Positions 40,188 to 50,479 are shown, numbered from the stretch's first letter. The stretch: DNA of 64,000 nt from an uncultured Methanosarcinales archaeon (GCA_964585935.1 CAZPFO010000002.1:7465-71464), one strand, 5' to 3'. The notes: generated by a model from the sequence alone, not told the origin. Translations and numbers: made by a program.

Positions 40188-41693
40188 ATGAATAAAACAA
40201 AAATAAAGAGAAGATATGGTAAAAAATGCATGGGTGTTTTAAATAAAAAAACTGCATTGAATTCTTTTTTTGCCTCATTTTTAAAGTTCAGCATAGCGGT
40301 AGCTCTGTTGTTTGTAATTGCCTTGTTTGTTACTGCAGGAGATGTTATAATCGAGAACGGCAAACTGAATGTAAACAACAGCTTTTATGTTGATGGTGAT
40401 GGGAATGTAGGGATTGGAACATCGCCGGGTTCAAAATTACATATAAGACAGAGTGTTGATAGTAATGTGGGTGGGTTTATGATACAAGATGTTGGTGGGG
40501 CTAATTTTAGGATTTGGAAAGATTCTGGAAACACTTATTTTTATAGAGGGCCAACACTTAATTTAATGACTTTTAATGATGCAACAGGTAATGTTGGCAT
40601 TGGGACGACGAGTCCTACTAAAAAATTACAGATTCAAGGCGGCAATGATAACGGTATTTTGATTACTGATGCAAGTGATAATAATAGGGTTATTTTAGCT
40701 CCTGATGGTGATGGTGATGGGGAAATTTCTTTGTATGATCAATCAACAGTATTAAAAGTATTAATTAGAGCTAGTGGAGATTCTTTTTTAGATGGGGGCA
40801 ACGTCGGAATTGGGACGGCGAGTCCTGGGGCACCCCTTCATATTAAAAGAGATAGTAGTTTGAGTGCCACGCAACATCTAATAATTTCAAATACAGATCC
40901 AACAAATGGCAATGCCGCATATATAAAGTTTCTTGGTTCAAGTGTGGTTAATTATGGTGATATAGGTACAGAATTTGTAGATCGCACAAGCGGTTCAGAG
41001 GACGGAAGTCTTATTTTTAGTACACGTGTTAATGGGGCGATGGCAGAGGGGATGCGAATTCATAACGGCAACGTCGGCATTGGGACGGCAAACCCTCAAG
41101 AAACGCTCCATGTTCGTGGCTGGATTATGACAGAGACAGCAGCCGCAAATCCGAGCGTGCATTTTAAAGACTCTACTTCTGGTCAAGTCTATACTCTACA
41201 GATAGACAGCAGCAACAATAATTTTCAGTTATATGACAATACTGCAGGCCAATCGCGTATTGTTGTAAAAACCGATGGCAATGTCGGCATCGGAACAACT
41301 AACCCAGATCATGACCTGGAGATTGGCACTGGAACCTATTCAGAGATTGACGCAGGTGAAGCACAATTCACCACAGGTTCGTCTAAAGAGTACAAAGAAA
41401 ACATTCGGCCGATAGCAGTACAAAAGATACTTGATAAAATCTCTACTATTCCTGTAACTACTTATGATTTCAGAGAAGAATATTGTGATAGTGCAGATGA
41501 TAAATGCAAAAATAAGCTGGGCCTGATAGCAGAAGATTTTCATGTGATCTTCAAAAGAGGTTCTGATAAGGAGATTAATGGACAAGAAGTGCAAATGGCT
41601 TTATGGCTTGCTGTTCAGGAGTTAACCAAAGAAAACCAACAACTAAAATCAATCATCTGCCTTGATTATAAAGATGCTGAGATTTGCACTTAA
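40188..41693 (+). CDS. tail-fibre-like adhesin with GNVGIGT repeats and C-terminal peptidase S74-like chaperone domain
   Basis: Five GNVGIGT repeats; SSKEYKENI...LGLIAEDF...AVQEL; N-terminal hydrophobic segment. Confidence 0.88.
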   Translation: MNKTKIKRRYGKKCMGVLNKKTALNSFFASFLKFSIAVALLFVIALFVTAGDVIIENGKLNVNNSFYVDGDGNVGIGTSPGSKLHIRQSVDSNVGGFMIQDVGGANFRIWKDSGNTYFYRGPTLNLMTFNDATGNVGIGTTSPTKKLQIQGGNDNGILITDASDNNRVILAPDGDGDGEISLYDQSTVLKVLIRASGDSFLDGGNVGIGTASPGAPLHIKRDSSLSATQHLIISNTDPTNGNAAYIKFLGSSVVNYGDIGTEFVDRTSGSEDGSLIFSTRVNGAMAEGMRIHNGNVGIGTANPQETLHVRGWIMTETAAANPSVHFKDSTSGQVYTLQIDSSNNNFQLYDNTAGQSRIVVKTDGNVGIGTTNPDHDLEIGTGTYSEIDAGEAQFTTGSSKEYKENIRPIAVQKILDKISTIPVTTYDFREEYCDSADDKCKNKLGLIAEDFHVIFKRGSDKEINGQEVQMALWLAVQELTKENQQLKSIICLDYKDAEICT

Positions 41694-41709
41694 ATTAAAG
41701 AAAATTCCA

Positions 41710-43617
41710 TCAAACATAAGGTATATCGTGGTGGAATTTAATTCCGTAAACATAAACATAATTCCAGAACAGGCCTTGTTTTCTTGTTACAAAAACACTG
41801 AAGCCGCATTCCCTGAATATCTTGGATATTTCCTGATCAGAGCTTAGCCATGCAACATTAGGTATTAGCTTGAAAAAGTCAACATAGTCGACAAAAACAA
41901 TTTTTCCTCCATAAGGCAGCAATTCCCTCATCTCTCTTAAAACTTTCTTAACATCCTGCAGATAGCCCATCATGCCCATGCTCACGATTGAGTCTACATG
42001 GGGGATGTCAGGATGGACTCTGTTAATCTGGTGCTTATCATGGATGATAATGACATGCATATGCCCTTCTTTGACGAGCCTTTTCTTTGCTATAATCAGG
42101 TCATTTTCTGACAAGTCAGTTGCATAAATCCTGCCTTGCGGCTTAACTTTTTCTGCAAGCTGGAGAGTTAAAGTGCCAACAGAACACCCAAACTCAAGGA
42201 TTGTTTTGTTTCTTACGTCCCCCAATAACTTAAGAATTTCGTCCCTTACCCCCTTTGGCAGGATCATTTTTTCTGTCAACAGCGTTAAATATGCCAGAGA
42301 ATTGTTTACTCTTACTATTGCATCAGGATTGTAATAGAGGACCAGCAAAAGGTAAATTGGTATGCCTACAAATATAAAAGATATCGCCAGCACCAGAATA
42401 TTAAATGCGCCCTCTACCTGAAGAAGCCACACTGCAACTAAAGAAAGCATAAACAAAGTGATAAGCAGGGAGCCGGCTTTTCCAAAAGGGGCTTTAAATG
42501 GCCTTATTATATGGGGTTTTTTTAACCTTAAAATCCAGACAGCCAAAATTGTAAATATATACATCACTATCCCTAATGGCAGCAGAAGGCTCAGCAAAGT
42601 TTTGTAATTTCCAAAAGCCATTGCAAAAACAATTAATGATACTATTGCCTGGAATATTATTGCCTTGTGAGGTGTATGGAATTTTGGATGTATGCTGCTT
42701 AGCTGCGCTATAAATAATTTGTCTCTTGATAAGGCAAGGATAAGCCTAGGCAAAGCAACTATACCTCCTGCTGCAGAGCCTACAAGGGCAAAGAAAACGC
42801 CAAAATTGATAATTTTAGTGGCTGCCTCGCCAAAGATAACGCCAAAAACAGAGGACAAAGGAGTGTTTAATCCTATTAAAATACTCCAGGGTATTATCCC
42901 TAGTGAGACTATGACTATTGAAATCCCTAAGATGCCTGTTAAAATGGTTCCAAGAACCAAAGCAAGGGGTATAGTCTTTTCAGGATTCTTGATCTCTTCA
43001 GCAAGATATGTAGCTGATTCCCAGCCGAAAAAACTTTCTGCAATAAAAAATATTGTAACAAAGACAGGCAAATAACCATGAGTAAAAAACGGCGTTAGAT
43101 TGCTAATATCCATGTAAAAGACTCCTGGCAGAATAATCGATAATAAGATAGTTATTGATACTCCTGCAAGCAACACTAGAATAAATCCGCTGGCTTCTAT
43201 TCCGACGTAGGCTACAAAGTTTAATGCCAAAATAAGCAATATGCTTATCCCAATTTTCAATAATATCTGGGAGGGGTCTGGAATCAAATAATTAACAGCA
43301 GCTACAACAAGCAATGCCACTGTCAAATTCCCCACTAACCACGCAACCCAGCCAACCATAAATGAAGTAAACCTTGAATATGTTTGTTTGCTGTATTCAT
43401 AGACGCCGCCTGCACTTGGAAACATAGACACTAACTCGCCAAAAAACGTGCTTATGTAAACAGCAAAAACTGTTAATATGACCCAGGAGAGTATTGAAGA
43501 ATTGCCGGAATAAGAAGCGCCTATAGCAGAGCCAAAAAACATGCCAGTACCCATTATAGTGGCGACTGCCAAAGCCAATACAGTCCAAAATCCCAGAACC
43601 CTCTTTAACTCAGCCAT
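41710..43617 (-). CDS. APC-family amino acid permease fused to class I SAM-methyltransferase-like domain
   Basis: LKRVLG..IMGTGMF, AGGVY, FFGWE..AEE; C-terminal ILEFGCSVG...YATD...LPYGGKIVFVD. Confidence 0.9.
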   Translation of the reverse strand: MAELKRVLGFWTVLALAVATIMGTGMFFGSAIGASYSGNSSILSWVILTVFAVYISTFFGELVSMFPSAGGVYEYSKQTYSRFTSFMVGWVAWLVGNLTVALLVVAAVNYLIPDPSQILLKIGISILLILALNFVAYVGIEASGFILVLLAGVSITILLSIILPGVFYMDISNLTPFFTHGYLPVFVTIFFIAESFFGWESATYLAEEIKNPEKTIPLALVLGTILTGILGISIVIVSLGIIPWSILIGLNTPLSSVFGVIFGEAATKIINFGVFFALVGSAAGGIVALPRLILALSRDKLFIAQLSSIHPKFHTPHKAIIFQAIVSLIVFAMAFGNYKTLLSLLLPLGIVMYIFTILAVWILRLKKPHIIRPFKAPFGKAGSLLITLFMLSLVAVWLLQVEGAFNILVLAISFIFVGIPIYLLLVLYYNPDAIVRVNNSLAYLTLLTEKMILPKGVRDEILKLLGDVRNKTILEFGCSVGTLTLQLAEKVKPQGRIYATDLSENDLIIAKKRLVKEGHMHVIIIHDKHQINRVHPDIPHVDSIVSMGMMGYLQDVKKVLREMRELLPYGGKIVFVDYVDFFKLIPNVAWLSSDQEISKIFRECGFSVFVTRKQGLFWNYVYVYGIKFHHDIPYV

Positions 43618-43769
43618 TATTTAAAAAATTGGAACTGTAGTATAAAAATAATTGTTTGTACTGCGGTGTGGTGAAAGAGTTTTTAATCAAATTATCAAGT
43701 AGGCCAACAAACACTGCTGACCTTATAAAATCAATAAGATTAAAAATAAAACAGAATAACTAACAGTAT

Positions 43770-44426
43770 ATGAAAACATTATTTATTGAATCAAAATATA
43801 TGGGAAACGCAGAATTGGATAAAATCAAAGCAGAAAAGCTGCCAAAAAACATAGGATTAGTTGCTACAATACAATTTACAGGCCAGTTAGATAAAATAAA
43901 AGATTATCTGGCTGATAAAAACAAAAAAGTATATGTTGCAAAAGGCAACCAGAAATATCCTGGACAGATTCTTGGATGCGATGCATCTTCTGGTGAAAAG
44001 ATAAAGAGCAAGGTTGATGCTTTTCTTTATATCGGAGACGGGAGGTTCCATCCTTTAGGCTTAGCGATGAGCACAAATAAAGAGGTTTTCTGTTTTAATC
44101 CTGCTAATGGTTATTTTTCTGAAATTGATAATAAAGAAATTGAGGAGTATAAAAAATCATTAAAAGTAAAAAAAATAAGATTCTTGAGCGCGGAAAATGT
44201 AGGCATTTTGGTTTCGACAAAACCAGGCCAAAATAATTCCAAAAAAGCGTCTGAAATAAAAAAGAAACTTGAAAAAGAAGGCAAAAAGTGCTATACTTTT
44301 GTGTTTGATACATTAAGCTTAAATGAGCTGGAAAACTTCCCATTTGTAGACTTCTGGGTCAATACAGCGTGCCCGAGGATAGAAGGAGATAGTAAGGAGG
44401 TTGTTAATGTAAGGGATGTTGAATAA
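43770..44426 (+). CDS. dph2: diphthamide synthesis Dph1/Dph2-family protein (short form)
   Basis: ATIQF, GQILGC, GDGRFH, STKPGQ, NTACPRI. Confidence 0.9.
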   Translation: MKTLFIESKYMGNAELDKIKAEKLPKNIGLVATIQFTGQLDKIKDYLADKNKKVYVAKGNQKYPGQILGCDASSGEKIKSKVDAFLYIGDGRFHPLGLAMSTNKEVFCFNPANGYFSEIDNKEIEEYKKSLKVKKIRFLSAENVGILVSTKPGQNNSKKASEIKKKLEKEGKKCYTFVFDTLSLNELENFPFVDFWVNTACPRIEGDSKEVVNVRDVE

Positions 44427-44555
44427 AAAATAAATAAGATGAATTCGTTATAAATTAATTAAACTATTATCAATAAAAAAGAAATCAATAAATAAAGTTA
44501 CCAATAAAAAACCAAAAAGAAAAAAATCAATAAAATAATAAAAAATTAATTAAAA

Positions 44556-45395
44556 TTACTTATTTTTTCCTTTTGCCGTTTCCTTGATCCACACATCCCT
44601 TTGAGGGAAAGGTATTGTAATTCCGTTCTTGTCAAACTCTTCTTTTATTTTCTTGATTGTGTCAAAGTAAACTCCCCAATAATCCTCTTTTTTTATAGAA
44701 GGCCTTACAGCGATGTTGACAGAACTATCTCCCAAGCTTTTGACAACTATCTGATGCTCAGGGTCTTTTAAAACACGCTTGTCTTTTTTCAGGATATTGT
44801 CTATGATTCTTATTGCCTTGTCTATATTTGAGTCGTAGCTGATGCCAATTTCAAGGTTATAAAGCTTCCTTGTAGAGTTTCCATGGAAATTTTGTATTAC
44901 ACCCCCCCATATCTTGCTGTTAGGGATGGTTATTTTTACATTATCCGGGCTTTTTAGTACGCAGGCCGCTATTCCAATGTGCTCTACACCCCCTACAACT
45001 CCCCCTACTTTTATCCAGTCATGCACCCTGAATGGCCTATGGAAAAGGATGAAGACTCCGGATGCTAAATTGCCTAAAGTGTCTTTCAAGGCAAAGCCAA
45101 CTATGAAGCCCATTATCCCCAGGCCTGCAATAAGGCCGGAGACATTAATGCCTAAATTGCTGAGGATGATTATGAGGAGTATGAACCATAAAATCACTTT
45201 TAATGCATTTTCTATAAATGTTTCTACAGACCTTTCAAAATCAACTTTGTCAAAGAACTTCTCTATTAATTTAACAAGAATTTTCACTACTATATAGCCT
45301 ATAACCACAATTACAATTGTGCCTATTATTTTAGGCGTATAAGCATTCAAGGAAGTTATCCAATCCTGCATTACCTTGTTTATATCTATCGCCAT
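44556..45395 (-). CDS. mscS: small-conductance mechanosensitive channel
   Basis: GFALKDTLGNLASG...RPFRV.D, IPN, IPFPQRDV. Confidence 0.95.
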   Translation of the reverse strand: MAIDINKVMQDWITSLNAYTPKIIGTIVIVVIGYIVVKILVKLIEKFFDKVDFERSVETFIENALKVILWFILLIIILSNLGINVSGLIAGLGIMGFIVGFALKDTLGNLASGVFILFHRPFRVHDWIKVGGVVGGVEHIGIAACVLKSPDNVKITIPNSKIWGGVIQNFHGNSTRKLYNLEIGISYDSNIDKAIRIIDNILKKDKRVLKDPEHQIVVKSLGDSSVNIAVRPSIKKEDYWGVYFDTIKKIKEEFDKNGITIPFPQRDVWIKETAKGKNK

Positions 45396-45514
45396 CTTTT
45401 TTAATAAATGATAATATTCTTTTATTTAAAGGTTTCTATTAGGAAAAAGATAAAGTTAGTTTAATGATTTAAATTCGGAACAACAATTGCTGTTGCCTAT
45501 CAGAAATTATAATC

Positions 45515-46384
45515 TTATTTTAAATGTTCAGCAATCAAATCAGAAACGTCAATCTTAGATGTTCTGTTGGGTATTGTATTTGTGGTTATGACCCTGGCTC
45601 CTGCTTTTTCCAGTTTCTTTAGAGAGTCCTCGACCAGGATTCCATGGGCAGCAAAGCATGTCACTTTTTTGGCGCCTAATTTTCTCATTGCCTTTATTGC
45701 CCCGATTAAGGTGCGCCCTGTAGATATCATATCATCTATAAATATCAGGTTTTTAGAGCCTACATCAACTTTTTTATTTAGGGTTACTTTAACTTTTCTT
45801 GCAGAATACCTCTCTTTTTGCATTATCGCAAAATCACATCCGATTCTTTCAGCAACTCTTTGCGCCCATTTGTAGCTCTCCCAGTCAGGGCCTATTATTA
45901 TTGGACTTTTTATATTTTTTTTGATATATTCTGCAATTAAGGAGTTAGCGGTTAATTTATGCGCTTTTGTTTTGAATATATGGCTGAGTGTTTTTTCCCT
46001 ATGAAGATGAGGATCAATTATATATACTTCATCAAAGTCTTCGTCTATGTTTTTGGCAATTGTCCTAAGGCTTATACATTCGCCTGGATTAAATCTTTTA
46101 TCCTGCCTCATGTAAGGGAAGAATGGAGCAATTAAAATAACTTTTTTAGCCCCTAAATCAGCTGCTGTCTCTGCCGCAAATAATGTTTCAATTACACAAT
46201 CATTGACACTTTTGTAAAATGACTGTACCAGGACTACAACCTTTTTTTTTATGTTTATGTTAAACTTTAATTTTATCTCAGAGTCAGGGAAATGGGTAAC
46301 CTCCAGCCCAGAATAAGGTTTTTTTAGCTTACTTGCTATTTTTTTAGCCAAATGCTTTCCGTGCGAGCAGCCAATTATTATCAT
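45515..46384 (-). CDS. prs: ribose-phosphate pyrophosphokinase
   Basis: FPDSE, PYMRQDK, DPH, IDDMISTGRT. Confidence 0.96.
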   Translation of the reverse strand: MIIIGCSHGKHLAKKIASKLKKPYSGLEVTHFPDSEIKLKFNINIKKKVVVLVQSFYKSVNDCVIETLFAAETAADLGAKKVILIAPFFPYMRQDKRFNPGECISLRTIAKNIDEDFDEVYIIDPHLHREKTLSHIFKTKAHKLTANSLIAEYIKKNIKSPIIIGPDWESYKWAQRVAERIGCDFAIMQKERYSARKVKVTLNKKVDVGSKNLIFIDDMISTGRTLIGAIKAMRKLGAKKVTCFAAHGILVEDSLKKLEKAGARVITTNTIPNRTSKIDVSDLIAEHLK

Positions 46385-46394
46385 CTCAACCTCT

Positions 46395-46735
46395 TTATCA
46401 AATTTTTAATCAATTTTTAAATTTTTATTTATCAATCAATCATTATTTTTTAATCATTTTTAAAACAAAATAGGAAATTTTCTTGATTCTCAACGAGATT
46501 GAAAATTTCGTCTTCTTCTGCTCCTTTCACCAATGGTGTAAAGGAACCCAATCAGTTGATTTTCACCATTACGTTAAGTATAAAGTGAAAATCCTATTTA
46601 TTTTTTGTTGTAAACGTTATAGTTAACTAAGGTCAATGCAAAATTATTTACAACTAGTTGTGCAGTGTTTGTGTACTCATTGGTTATTTTTTTAATTTAT
46701 TTTAACATTGATTGATTTTTTATTGATTTTATTGT
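46395..46735 (-). repeat. structured intergenic element copy 5 (subtype B; core 46453-46684)
   Basis: Minus strand ACCAATGAGTACACAAACACTGCACAACTAGTTGT... plus multi-stem domain shared with copy 6. Confidence 0.85.
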
Positions 46736-47314
46736 TTATTTATTTAATGATTTTATAAACTTTTTCAAATCCTGGTTTAATTCTAGGGCTATTGATAATG
46801 AGCTTTGCTCTGCTGATTTTCTTGAGGAAGCGAAAGTTGCGATCAGAATATCCTTGTTTTTGAAATCATAGCGATGCTCCAGCTCTGAAAAGTCTTCCCT
46901 GCATTCAAAGTCAGGCATTTTGAGCTTTTGGTCAAAAACCAAAATCATAGCAGCTTCTGCGCCGTTCTTGATTGCTATGTCCCTCAGCTGAGTTGTTTTT
47001 TCTATCTTATCCTTGTTTTTTATGACTATTCCTTTGGCTTTCAGGTTTTTATGAGGTTTGTAGCTGATTTTATTTAACACTTCAATCTCTCTTTTTATAT
47101 TGCCTATTGCCTTTGTTCCTTTTTCACTCAAAGAATGGCCTTTTTTTGTTGATTCAATAAGGCTGTTGTCTTTCAAAATGTCCAGGATGGTCCTTATAGT
47201 GCCTTCTCCTAATTCCAATTTATCAACCAATTCAGCCCTGCTCGTGCTCTCACCTATATATAGGAAGCATCTTAAAATGTCAATATCTGTAAAATTAGCT
47301 ATGTTGCCTACCAT
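46736..47314 (-). CDS. winged-HTH protein (DUF4443-like)
   Basis: SRAELVDKLELGEGTIRTIL...GH.L; LRDIAIKNGA. Confidence 0.85.
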   Translation of the reverse strand: MVGNIANFTDIDILRCFLYIGESTSRAELVDKLELGEGTIRTILDILKDNSLIESTKKGHSLSEKGTKAIGNIKREIEVLNKISYKPHKNLKAKGIVIKNKDKIEKTTQLRDIAIKNGAEAAMILVFDQKLKMPDFECREDFSELEHRYDFKNKDILIATFASSRKSAEQSSLSIALELNQDLKKFIKSLNK

Positions 47315-47442
47315 AATGCCTTATTTTGAGGATTATTTTTATAGTTTTCTATATGGAGCTCATGACTGTTTACTATTGTAAAATAGCAAAAACTTTAAAT
47401 ATGAGTAGTGTATTTCTAACCTTTAAGGTGGTAAAAATAAAT

Positions 47443-48510
47443 ATGAACAAACTAATTTTGGGAATGATTTTTCTAATGATGATAGTTGTGCCAATGGCAT
47501 ATGCTAAACCTGGGCAACTGTTGGTAGATAAGCTGGATGTTAAGGTTGATGAAAAGTGGGACAGGAGAATTACTGACGGGGACACAATAACAAGAGAAGC
47601 TGAACCTGGTTCTACAGTTGATTTTAAGATTGAGCTCAAGAATAATTATACAGACGCTGAGGATTTAAGAATTGAGGATATAACAGTTACTGTCACAATT
47701 GAAGGGATTGATGATGGAGAAGATATTGACGAGGAATCTAACGAGTTTGATATAAGGGAAGATGATGACAAGACTGTAACCATCAAATTCAAGCTGCCTA
47801 TCGAGATTGAAGAAGATACTTATAATGTATTAATTGAAGCAGAAGGTAAAGATGAGAATGGGACAGACCAAATGGTTGTATTGAATGTCGATCTAGAAGT
47901 TGAAAAAGAAGAGCAGGAGCTGAGGATTTACAGAAAGACATTGTCACCTTCAGAAGTGAAATGTGGCGGAATTGCAAGCTTAAACTTCGGCCTTATCAAC
48001 ACTGGCAGTGAAGACCAAGAAGATGTTGAGCTTATAATCTCAAATAACGATTTAGAGTATAATAATGTCGTTACAATAAGCGACATAACAGCAGATCCTT
48101 ACGAAGATGACAGCAAGTACCTTAAAACATACAGAATAGAGATTCCAGAAACTGCTGAACCTGGTATTTATCCACTGGATATAACAGTTAATTACGACAA
48201 TGGAGATGAAATCATTGAAGAGATTGTTGATATAACAGTCAGTGAGTGTGAAGTGGTGGTGGAAGAACCAGAAGAGGTTGTTGATGAAGAAACAGGTGGA
48301 GATGAGGATGTTGTTGTTGTAACACAGCCTCCAGCTGATACTGCTCCTGTTGTAACACAGCCAATAATAACAGGGCTAGCAACCGCAACTGAGGAGAAAT
48401 CTTTCTTTGAGAGTGGAACATTCATTGCATTACTGTTTGGAGCAGAAGCAATTATAGTAGTGATTGCAATATTGCTGGTAATGATGATTGTTAGAAAGAG
48501 AAAGCAATAA
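47443..48510 (+). CDS. acidic S-layer-like surface protein with Ig-like domains and C-terminal TM anchor
   Basis: Signal peptide from ATG 47443, AEPGIYPL, Thr/Pro linker, hydrophobic helix + RKRKQ. Confidence 0.85.
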   Translation: MNKLILGMIFLMMIVVPMAYAKPGQLLVDKLDVKVDEKWDRRITDGDTITREAEPGSTVDFKIELKNNYTDAEDLRIEDITVTVTIEGIDDGEDIDEESNEFDIREDDDKTVTIKFKLPIEIEEDTYNVLIEAEGKDENGTDQMVVLNVDLEVEKEEQELRIYRKTLSPSEVKCGGIASLNFGLINTGSEDQEDVELIISNNDLEYNNVVTISDITADPYEDDSKYLKTYRIEIPETAEPGIYPLDITVNYDNGDEIIEEIVDITVSECEVVVEEPEEVVDEETGGDEDVVVVTQPPADTAPVVTQPIITGLATATEEKSFFESGTFIALLFGAEAIIVVIAILLVMMIVRKRKQ

Positions 48511-48642
48511 ACTTTCTTTTTTACTTTTTTTATTTTCATTTACTTTATCTAGAAAAAAAGAGTTGTGAACTATTAATATGTCCTTACTTAGAAGTAACAA
48601 AAACAGAAAGGTTTAAAAAGGGGCAAGGTATACTATAATAAA

Positions 48643-49419
48643 ATGTTAGCACAAAAAAACTTTTTAGATGAATTAAAAAAGAACTTCAAGCTTAATATTT
48701 ATGAGGTTAAGGTATGGACTGCCTTGTTAAGCAGGGGGATAGCTGCTGCTGGCGAATTGGCTGATATTTCTGGGGTGCCAAGGTCAAGATGCTATGATGT
48801 CCTGGAAAGCCTTGAGAAAAAAGGATTTATTATAATGAAGATTGGGAAGCCAATAAAGTACATAGCTGTCCAGCCAGATGCCATTGTTGAAAGAGTCAAG
48901 AGAGATACAGAAGATAAGGCTGAAATGCAGACAGAGTTTATTGAAAATATAAGGCAGACAAACACTTTCAAGGAACTGGATCTTTTGCACAAGACAGGTG
49001 TAAAGCATATTGATATTACTGAATTATCAACCGCTATAACAGGCAGAGACAACCTAAACAGGTTTATCAAAAGCATGGTTGAAAAATCAAAGAAGAATGT
49101 CAAGATCATAACCACAAAAGACGGCTTCAAGAGAAAAGCAAAGGTTTTAAAAAATATTTTAGGAGATCTTGGAAAAAAGAAAGTCAATGTGGAGATTTTC
49201 AGCGAGATTGACAGTGAAACTGCTAAAAAGCTGCCTAAAAGCGTTAAATTAAATGAGTACAAGACAGACTCAAGATTCATAATGGTTGATAATGAGGAAT
49301 TATTATTCATGAGTTCTGATAAAGATTTAGATCCTGAATATGATTCAGGAGTGTGGGTGAAGAGCAAATTCTTTGTAGATGCCTTAAATGGAATGTTTGA
49401 AGATGGGTTAAAGGGATAA
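48643..49419 (+). CDS. TrmB-family transcriptional regulator
   Basis: LNIYE.KV..ALL...SGVPRSRCYDVLESLEKKGF...P.KY. Confidence 0.95.
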   Translation: MLAQKNFLDELKKNFKLNIYEVKVWTALLSRGIAAAGELADISGVPRSRCYDVLESLEKKGFIIMKIGKPIKYIAVQPDAIVERVKRDTEDKAEMQTEFIENIRQTNTFKELDLLHKTGVKHIDITELSTAITGRDNLNRFIKSMVEKSKKNVKIITTKDGFKRKAKVLKNILGDLGKKKVNVEIFSEIDSETAKKLPKSVKLNEYKTDSRFIMVDNEELLFMSSDKDLDPEYDSGVWVKSKFFVDALNGMFEDGLKG

Positions 49420-49491
49420 ACAACTGCCTATTTTTTAAACAGAAAAGTTTAAAAGTGATTTATTATTGATTTTTTATAATAAAGGATTAAA

Positions 49492-49740
49492 ATGAAATTT
49501 ATGAAACCAAAACCAGTGGAAATTGATCGTACACATCCCAGTGATTTGGGTATTGAGGGGGAGGTACTAAAGCCAGATGTTAAACAAGTGTCAAAGGATA
49601 TAAGTGCCCTATTCCAACTTACTCATAAAAAAGTTGATTTAGCACGACCTGTACAAGGAGAAGATATACCTCAAAGCGAGTCTTCATCTTTATATGATGG
49701 GGGAGAAGCAAGTGTAAAAGAGGATTATAACCAAAAATAA
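49492..49740 (+). CDS. hypothetical protein
   Basis: 82-aa ORF with AAGGA SD. Confidence 0.5.
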   Translation: MKFMKPKPVEIDRTHPSDLGIEGEVLKPDVKQVSKDISALFQLTHKKVDLARPVQGEDIPQSESSSLYDGGEASVKEDYNQK

Positions 49741-49826
49741 TAATTTTATAAAATATTATTAAATTCCGATACATTTAAATATAACCTATACATTAACAAA
49801 AACATAAGAGTTCTTAAGGATTAAAG

Positions 49827-50465
49827 ATGATAGATGGAGAATTAAAAACCGGCACAACAACGGTAGGACTAGTATGTAAAGATGGTGTTATATTGGCAGC
49901 AGATAAGAGAGCAACTTCTGGTAATTTAATATCTTACAAAAAGTTTGAAAAAATAATGCCAATAACTGACAATATTGCTGTTACTGTTGCAGGTACTGTC
50001 TCTGATGTGCAGCTATTGACAAAGTACATAAAGGCTGAATTGAGACTAAAAGACATAAGAACAGGAAGAACGAGCAGTGTCAAGGAGGCAGCCAATTTAC
50101 TCGCAAGTATGGTTTATAATAACATAAGGAAGCTAAGCTTAATACCCGGGATTTCACATTTTTTAATTGGCGGTACAGATGATTCAGGATTGTACCTTTA
50201 TGACTTGGCTCCTGATGGGAGCATTGTGGAAGTGGATGATTTTGTGTCATCAGGCTCTGGCAGCGTCATGGCATATGGTGTTTTAGAAACTTTATATAAG
50301 GAGAATAGTTCAATTGAGGAAGGCACTAAGTTAGCTGTAAAGTGCATTAATGCGGCCTTGCAAAGAGACTCAGCATCAGGTGATGGCATTGATGTTATTG
50401 CAATAACAAAAGAAGGCGTAAAAAAAGTCATGACAAAAAAAGTCGAGTATAGAATCGAGGCTTAA
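49827..50465 (+). CDS. psmB: proteasome subunit beta
   Basis: KTG/TTTVG propeptide junction, AADKRAT, SGSG, RDSASG. Confidence 0.97.
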   Translation: MIDGELKTGTTTVGLVCKDGVILAADKRATSGNLISYKKFEKIMPITDNIAVTVAGTVSDVQLLTKYIKAELRLKDIRTGRTSSVKEAANLLASMVYNNIRKLSLIPGISHFLIGGTDDSGLYLYDLAPDGSIVEVDDFVSSGSGSVMAYGVLETLYKENSSIEEGTKLAVKCINAALQRDSASGDGIDVIAITKEGVKKVMTKKVEYRIEA

Positions 50466-50479
50466 AAAAGTTGTTCTAA

